A stretch of 64,000 bases of DNA from Yuukianura sp. NJ FZ-2021 (lineage: Eukaryota). Location: positions 7,316,001-7,380,000 of the forward strand of contig CM102284.1 of assembly GCA_046563655.1 (NCBI GenBank). The letters run 5' to 3'. Below, piece by piece: positions 56,701-64,000 of the stretch. The position numbers and the translations under genes were made by a program. Below the pieces are notes generated by a model. That model ran no database searches and was not told where the DNA came from. It saw only the letters and a list, made by a program, of their open reading frames with translations. Within the stretch, counting starts at the first letter, position 1, and every line of letters begins with the position of its first letter.

Positions 56701-59700
56701 GAGGAATGCCTCGTGTTTTTTTCGATTTTGCAAAAAAAGATTGCCTTTCATTTCATGGAATCGAAGTCATAATACAGCCGAATTTTTTAAATTTTACACG
56801 AATTGATACCAATTTTTGTTTTGTTTTTTTCATTTTTTTTGTCAACAAGCGAAGTAGTACTCAATCTGTTAGAGAAAATTAATTTTTCCTTGTCAAGTAA
56901 CCTTATTTCATTTTCACGCTTTTCAATGAAGCTGAAAAGCTGCTTATAGAAACCGTGGATCCGGAAGAATTCACCGGAAAATCAAACGTTGATTAGGTTT
57001 TCAATTTTTGTAACTCTGACCTTTGAAAGTGGTGAAATGTTGCAAAGTTTGAACGCTAGGAATTAACGTTGGTTGTGGAATGATCTTAGTTTGATATTTC
57101 CCAAACACTTTGAAACTTTGTGAAATTAGAGCTTTTGGAAGTGGGAAGAGACAGAAGAGAATCCTGTAAATAAAATAGAGCCCATTTTGAAAGGTGAAGC
57201 AATTAGGAAAGTGGGTGTCTCCTATGGTACTGCCAGTACTTGGATAGTGGGCGTTTGATGTAGCGAAAAGAGGCCTTGAACTGAAGCGTCATAAATTGAC
57301 AATCGGAAGCCTTTAGACTATAATCCGAGCACTCGGACAAAGTTTCTCCATGTATGTCAGCCCTCCAATTTCCTTCTACTTTTACTCTGAAACAGGGTTT
57401 TTTCTTGGTAGTTGGAGAAAAAGAGGCGGTGAAAGTTTGAGCACGACTCCAGCAGTTCTTGTTTGTTGTCTGTCAGAAATGTAAGGACTATGCGCAGAGG
57501 AGACACTAGACTTGTGTCTGCATTGCTTTAAATGGCAAAGGTTAGGGCCTACGGTTTTCGGCTTGTTAAAAACGGCTGGGGAAAGTGAAAGTCTTTCGTG
57601 CTTTCGAGCCGTGAAGAATGACATTTTCCAACAACATTCCAATGGGGCTGAGCCTTTGGTTCTTGTGACTCTGCAAACTGAAATTGAATTAATTCAAACT
57701 ACTATGGGTTGTGCTGCTGATGCTCTTTTCGCTACTTTTGAAATTCTTAAACAAATTGTAAAATTCTTAGAAAGAATTTGAAAGTTTCGGGAAAACTCGT
57801 TTCTATTACATAGCTGGAAGTTTGATAATGACGATGGTGAAAGTAGGAGCTAGATTCCAACTTTCACTGGGGTTTAGACTCTTACTATAGAAACATTCCA
57901 GACGTAGGCTAACGGGAGAGTCACGTGGAATCACGAGGTCTAGCCGTCACATGGCACTTGAGAGTTGTTTTTTTGGCATTTTGGCAAAAGTGGAGTCAAG
58001 AATGTTGAGGAGCGCAGGAAAATGTGTGCGCACGGTTTCATCATCTTCATCAAGGGAAAGAGGCATATGATCTGCGTCTAGAGGAGTCAGGCGGTCGGAA
58101 AACCTTGGATTCTTATAGTTTTTTCTCTAGTGCCAAAATGTACTAGTAGAATTCTAGAATCTAGCGGGAGTGTAGCATACAGGCTGTTTCTAACTCTCTA
58201 GACTCCAATTTATGGGCTCCTTTTATATCCATTGACTTTAGGTATTTCATTTCTATGAAGGACATTAGGAAGATGATTTGGAAGCTCCAAAGTGCTCTAG
58301 TGGCAGAGACAAAGGGGAAAGCACGTGCCTCTAATGCTAAAATCGCTAAATGTGACTTCCACTTTTACGAGGTATAACGGGCGGGAATGGATAAGGAAGA
58401 GCAGAAAAATTCTGGAATTGACCGCTTCTAGCATTATTCACAGAAGCGTCATTGAGACGGAATGGAATTTATTTTGAATTTCAAAATTTTTGACGTCAAA
58501 GAAAAAGCAAAAAGTGAATTGCGGCAGTGGCTTAATTTTTAGGGTCAACAAAAAAATGTATGAGGGGAAAAAGTTTGCAAAAAAAAGTTCAGATCTGCTT
58601 GTGTTTCTCAAATTACGCAATGCAGATGGAGATTTTTAAAGGGTTAATAGGGTTTCCGTGTGTGTTTGGATAACAATAGGAAAAGTGCAGAGTCAAAGGT
58701 TTCCAGTTTTGATTAACATTTACTATTTTTCACACGTTTTTAAAATGTAGGCTTGTTTTATGTACATGCGGGAGTGATGGTAGTCTGCGAGGATTCTGTG
58801 GAGTTTAGTCAGTCATAATTTTGTGAAGTGGTGAATTATAATTTGGCTTCTTTTGAACAATTGTCTGATGAGTACAGCAGAGGGTTTCGCCTAGAGTAGT
58901 CAAAAGTGCTAATGAATACTGCTGCGGATTGGGCATTGAAAGTAGTGCGTCCAGAATAGTAACTGGAACGTCGTGTACGAACACTTATGGACGGCTGATG
59001 TTTGTTGAGGTTTATGGGCAATTTGTTGGACGTAACTTAACATGGACCTTACGGAAAAAATGAAACTGAGGAAAGTACATTTTCCCGTCCTTAGAATTCC
59101 GTCCATGAGTTACCGCTCATTGAGTTGGTGGACAAGACTATGAAATATGGACGGAATTTTTTTTATGGACAGGTATTTGTCTGCGAGGTAAATAGATTGG
59201 TTAGGTCATGGTGATTTGTTGGACTCCGTCCATGAATATAGTGCTGTGCGGGAGTTTCCGTTCGAGATCATCCTGGACAGTGTCCAGAATGACAAAAGAA
59301 GAGAGTCCATGTCAATTATGTGCTCGAACGTTTTTAGACTATTCATGTTGACAGAGATTTATAATTCATGAGGGGTTGAATGGATAGGACGAGCCCTTCG
59401 TTCGAAGCCGTTTTAGCACCAGTTTCAATTATTGTTCTTTTTGGCTTTAGGTTTGCGTGTGGAGGTCGCTTTGGAACTAAAACGCTATAATTATTCCTCT
59501 TTCAGGAAATGAACTGTTTTTCCTGAATTTTCGTTATTTCCAAAACCAAAATGCAGAGTTTAGAATTTTTTGGTATTTAAAAATGGATTCAGGTGGATAA
59601 AGTAATTAAGCTATTATTAGATCGGGGCCTTAAAAGTAATTAAGGCTTTTTACTCCACCTCGGTTCAGCTGTCCTGCTATTGCTGTTGAAATTGAGAAAT

Positions 59701-62700
59701 GTTTTTTTCGGAGTTGTTTTATTTGGTTTTGCATTTACAACTCCAAATATTGATTTGTACTCGAATTTCAATTTATTTCTCTTGCTGAAAGCTATTGTTC
59801 GAGAGAGTAAATTCAAAATTTATAGTTTTCAAAATTACCCTGAATGGTTTACGTTGCTTTTTTAAAAAAAATGGTTCAATATTTCTAAAGCTTTTTGCTT
59901 GTATTAATTTACAAGTTTTTAGTAACGCAGAGTACACTTATTAGAGTGAAGAGTGCAAGTTTGCAATTGTTAAACTAGAAAAATCCAGAATTGCTGTTGT
60001 GCTCTAATTGCACTTGTTCATTAGTTTCGCTGCCGAACATAAATTTTTGGTCACCCTGTACACAAGTAAAAGGAGTTACACAAAGTTTAATGGTTTCTGT
60101 TATGACTTTTAGCAACAATGTCATACTTTCCCTTCCAGTTGGACTTTTATACCTCTTGACTATAATTTTCGTTATAGTTTTTTAAAACTTTTTTGAAATT
60201 TAGAACAAGGTTGCAAGTTTTAAAAGATAGTACTTGTAACTTGCAAGTTCTAAAATTCAAGCCTCAAGTGGATCGCTTCAAGTTGAAACTGAATTGTTAA
60301 CGTGAGAGTAAACGGCGGAACATTTATGACAATTGTTCAATGGAGCGGAACTTGCACAGAAGCATAAAGAATAAGTTTATGTTCATTGACAGTTTGTGAA
60401 CAGAGTTAAGTATGTTGTCGTGTTGGGGCATAAATTGAAAAATTGATTAAGTTTAGTTGAAATTTCTAGTTTTACCTTAGCAGTGATAAGTTATTCTGCT
60501 ACTCATCTTACTACTACTTTTATTGTCTACCTTCCACAAAACTACTTATTTTTGTGGGTTATTTTAATTCAATTTAGACAGGCAAGGACAAACTCTTCAG
60601 TTTTGAGTAGGAAACAGAAAAAGTTCAGCCAAAAAATGTACAGGAGTTTTGATAACTTTATGTTACATGATTCTTCCTTGCTTGCTGCTTTACTTGCCTT
60701 GTTCAATTTGATTTCTCTTGTTCAATTGTTGTAAATTGGGCAGTTTAGATCACAAGTTTCACATGTTAGCTAAGTTAGATTACGATTTACCTTTGTTAAA
60801 GTACTAAAAACGAGTAGTTGTTCGGTTTGATTTCATTTGAAAGTAGGAGCTGTTGAAAGGATGCTAGACGCTTCTAGGCAACGCATGAAACGCTAGGATT
60901 CTAGATTCTGGCTTATTAGCTCGCATCTCCTCATCTGTAAATCAGGAGCAAAGGGTTTCTTCTGTGTTACTGAAGTTGGCAGTTACAAACTAGTAGCGTT
61001 ACGGTAGGAAGATAGAAAAACGAAGGGTTGGATGTGGCTAGACTATCTCTTGAATTTTCTAACAACTTTAGTCTGATTTCAATCCTCAGTCCAACCACAT
61101 CTCAGCACCACGAAAGCACTACTACAGCCGAATTTTTCATTCAGCCTCCTAAAAAGTTCTTTGAAGCACTTTAACTTTGAGTTTGTTGTTGCAATTCCGG
61201 ATTTTCTGGAATTTGAAAGATTACGATTTTCGAACAAGAAAACAAGAGATTGTTTGGGGAGAGAGAACTCCAAAGTGACTTGTTTTTATAAAAAGACCGG
61301 TTTTTTGAGAAAACATTTTCATTTTGGTTTAGAAGTGAGTTGGTGAGTGACCAGTTGGGTTTTAGAGGAGCGTTTTTGCATTAAAAACCACGTGGAGAGC
61401 GTTGCGCAACTTTGTTATTCACATACGCACTTTTTTCTTCTGAATCTTGGACAATCTTGAAAAAAAAAGTTGTTGATTTTGTGGCGAGTTGAAAGGGTTT
61501 TGACAAAGTCCAAAGATTGGAAAAAAGTTTTTCGGGATTTGCGAACGGACGGCGATAAGAAGTTGTTTTAACCGGGAGATTTTGGAAGTAAAATCGGAGG
61601 ATTTAGAAGAGCAGAGACAGGAAACTTCGGTACGTTTTTTTTCGGTTTTTGAAAACTTTTTGGAGTTTTCTCTTTCTTTTTTTTTGGAAAAAGAAAGTTA
61701 CGTCGATTTTTGCGATTCGAAAATAAGATTATTCAATTCTCACATTTGAAATGCAGCTTGAAAGGACGAAAGGAGATGAATACTCCACTGCAAAGTTAAA
61801 ACCCGGGTTTCTTTTTTAAAACCCGGGTTTTTTCTTGGCTAAACCGAAGTTTAAAAAAAATAAGTTGCGTCCTACAGAAGGGTTATGTTGGGGAAGAAGA
61901 AGTCAAAGCCATGAGATGTCATAAAGATAAAGTGTGTAAAAACGAAGCTAAAGACGCTAGGGAAAACATTCCTCGAGGATTTTTTCTAAAAACCTAATGC
62001 TATATGTTCAAGAATCGTGAGATTTTAGCATTTTTTGAACAGTATAACAGAAATAGCATTTTCCTTTTTCTCAATGTCTTTTTTTAAAAAGACCAAAAAA
62101 ATCTCCACTTCTCTTCTGTTGTCTTTGACTTTTCTAATTTTGAAAAGTGGAATGTTAATTTCACCGGGGAGAAAATTACTCGGGTTCGGAGTTTTTTAAA
62201 GAAAAATGATAAAAGCGAAACTAATTTAAATATTTTATGGTTGGGAAATAGTTATTTGAAATAGTTTTGCAAGTATTATGGGCACAAAAACGACAAAATT
62301 TATTGTTGAGTTCTTTTCTAAAGGAGATGATTTCATTGTAATTTTAGTTTTTCGAAATTTTATTTTCCTACTTGCTACTTTCCTGTTGTCTCTTTTTTCT
62401 TTTTTTACAAGAAAACAACGCGGGTGAAAGTGTCCCAAATCTGTTCCACTTTTACTACAGTAGTAGCAGTAAAAACTTTTTTTTGCACTCTTTTTGTGTC
62501 TTGCAGTCCAGAAAATCTTGACTTTAGAAAACTTTTCTTTGAAAAATACTTTTTCTTTTTTACTTTTTTTTTGCTTGTAAGTAGTAAGTATAGTAACTGC
62601 TGCATCCAGGATGTGGGACTTAAAAAAACGGAGTAAAAAAATTTGTGTATTTCTTTTTACAAATCCCACGTTTTCAAAAAGTTGAATTAAAAAAGTATTT

Positions 62701-64000
62701 GCAAGAAAGAGAACTTTACTCTAAATTGTTTTGCATGTGGAGATAGTTACTCCCACTTGCTTTTCACAAGAACAGAGCTTTACAAAAGCTTTTGGGTTAA
62801 AAATACACGCAAGGTGTGCCAAAAATACACGGCTATGTATTCGTGTATCAATAGAATTTTTAGCAAATCATTTCGGCACTTTTTACAGCGCTACAACAAC
62901 TTAAAAGAAACGGAAACGAAAAAACTGGGCTCAAGGTTTGGCGGGCAGAAGCGAAAACTGCTCTGTTTTTTGTTGTAAATCACTTTTTTAGAAACACGAC
63001 GAAGTGATTTTATGACTTGCACTGTCTTAGGTCTGGAAATGCATCATTTCATTCATGTTTTAAGCAAAAAGCTTTGTTCTACTAAAACATGATCTTACTG
63101 TTGTTTTTAGAACAAAGTGGAATAAGACTATTTTCCGGTTGAAGTGAGTAGAGTGAGTTAAAAGTTCAAAGGTCAGAGTGAGTCTAATGAATGCACTTTG
63201 GAGCATAAATAATAGGATTTCCTCTGACGCTGTGTCATTATACGGAAATAATACTTTCCAATTCACTTTTTTTATTCAATTTTTCACTTACTCGCAAATT
63301 AAGTTAAAAGCTTTCAAAAAACGAAAAGAGCGACAAGTGCTTTTAAGGCGTGGGAAAATTCGTAATTGTGTGAAAAATTAGAAGTGTATTTTTCCGAAAA
63401 AAAAAACGAAATGTCAATTTATACTTAACGGTTTCTACATTTAACGAAAAAAAATGTTGTTTTTTTAACCAATTTTTGAAAAATGAGTTTCTGTACTAGG
63501 GAAAAATGGATTGTGAAGGAAGTAAAATTGATGACTTTTGAAAAATTGGAAAAATTGGAACGATTCTTTGGATTCTTTGAAAAAGTGATATTTTCGGTTT
63601 GCAGTTTGCTTTCTGTTCCTTTTGTGGTATATTTCGTTTTGTTTGAATTTTTTTTGAAACAAACATGTACATCATACAAAGATGATTTTTTTTGAATTTT
63701 GAAAAAGTTGAAATTGAGCCTTTTAAGTGGTAACCACTTTTTTGAAACGAAAGAATCCTGTTTCATTTCCTGTTTGAATGTTGAAGCTCATTCCCCTCCT
63801 CTCTCTGAAAATCGTCTTTCAAAATTTGTTCTGAACTTGTGAAAATGACTTACAAAGTCATCTCTCTGCACTACAAATTTTCCAAAGTTGTTTTTTAAGT
63901 AGCAAGTAAAAAAGATGAAGAAGATTCAGTATAATTTAACTGTTAAAGTGTTCCTCCTCGAGGCTAATTTGCTTTCAAATTAGCCCTCTTTATTTAAAAT
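44800..64000. other. Coding-free region, probably 5' regulatory or intronic territory of a gene outside the window
   Basis: ORFs here are short, K/F-rich and lack recognisable domains. Orphan strong + strand donors at 47218, 49948 and 52092; clustered transcription-factor-like motifs. Confidence 0.55.
48281..48740. mobile_element. hAT-type MITE, 460 bp, with perfect 8-bp target-site duplication
   Basis: TIR CAGGGTGTGTT(T)GGTTT at both ends; TSD TGAATAAG at 48273-48280 and 48741-48748; subterminal GGTTTAAACC/AAACCATGGTTT repeats; no transposase ORF. Confidence 0.92.

Noticed and set aside
56950-56980. Partial resemblance to miR-263 (GGAAGAATTCAC)
   Set aside because: Seed region absent and no precursor hairpin.
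61796-61830. Two copies of TTAAAACCCGGGTTT
   Set aside because: Too short to call an element; no TIR or TSD, at most a MITE remnant.
44800-64000. Many 60-140 aa ORFs
   Set aside because: Composition follows poly-A/T tracts; no domains and no phase-consistent exon chains found.

Overview
AT-rich, compact animal genomic DNA with mostly 55-120 nt introns. The proteins look arthropod-like; a springtail-like hexapod is only a guess. I rebuilt nine protein-coding genes exon by exon, checking splice phases by hand: the 5' part of brahma/SMARCA2-4 (-), a Shox paired-type homeobox gene with an OAR domain (+), mRpL55 (+), the RAD54L2/ARIP4 SNF2 helicase (+), an 8-finger C2H2 gene (-), ASRGL1 (+), AdipoR (+), a FAM187-like Ig membrane protein nested antisense in an AdipoR intron (-), and an 18-exon SLC9C voltage/cyclic-nucleotide-gated Na+/H+ exchanger (-). 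The last ~20 kb has no convincing coding sequence but carries MITEs, orphan splice donors and nuclear-receptor-type repeats. The best candidate for an undescribed system is an mRpL55-RAD54L2 dicistronic or exon-sharing unit. A splice donor sits 11 nt upstream of the mRpL55 poly(A) signal, and the ~560 nt of spliced RNA between the two start codons has no AUG in any frame. Family assignments come from recognised motifs; no database searches were run.
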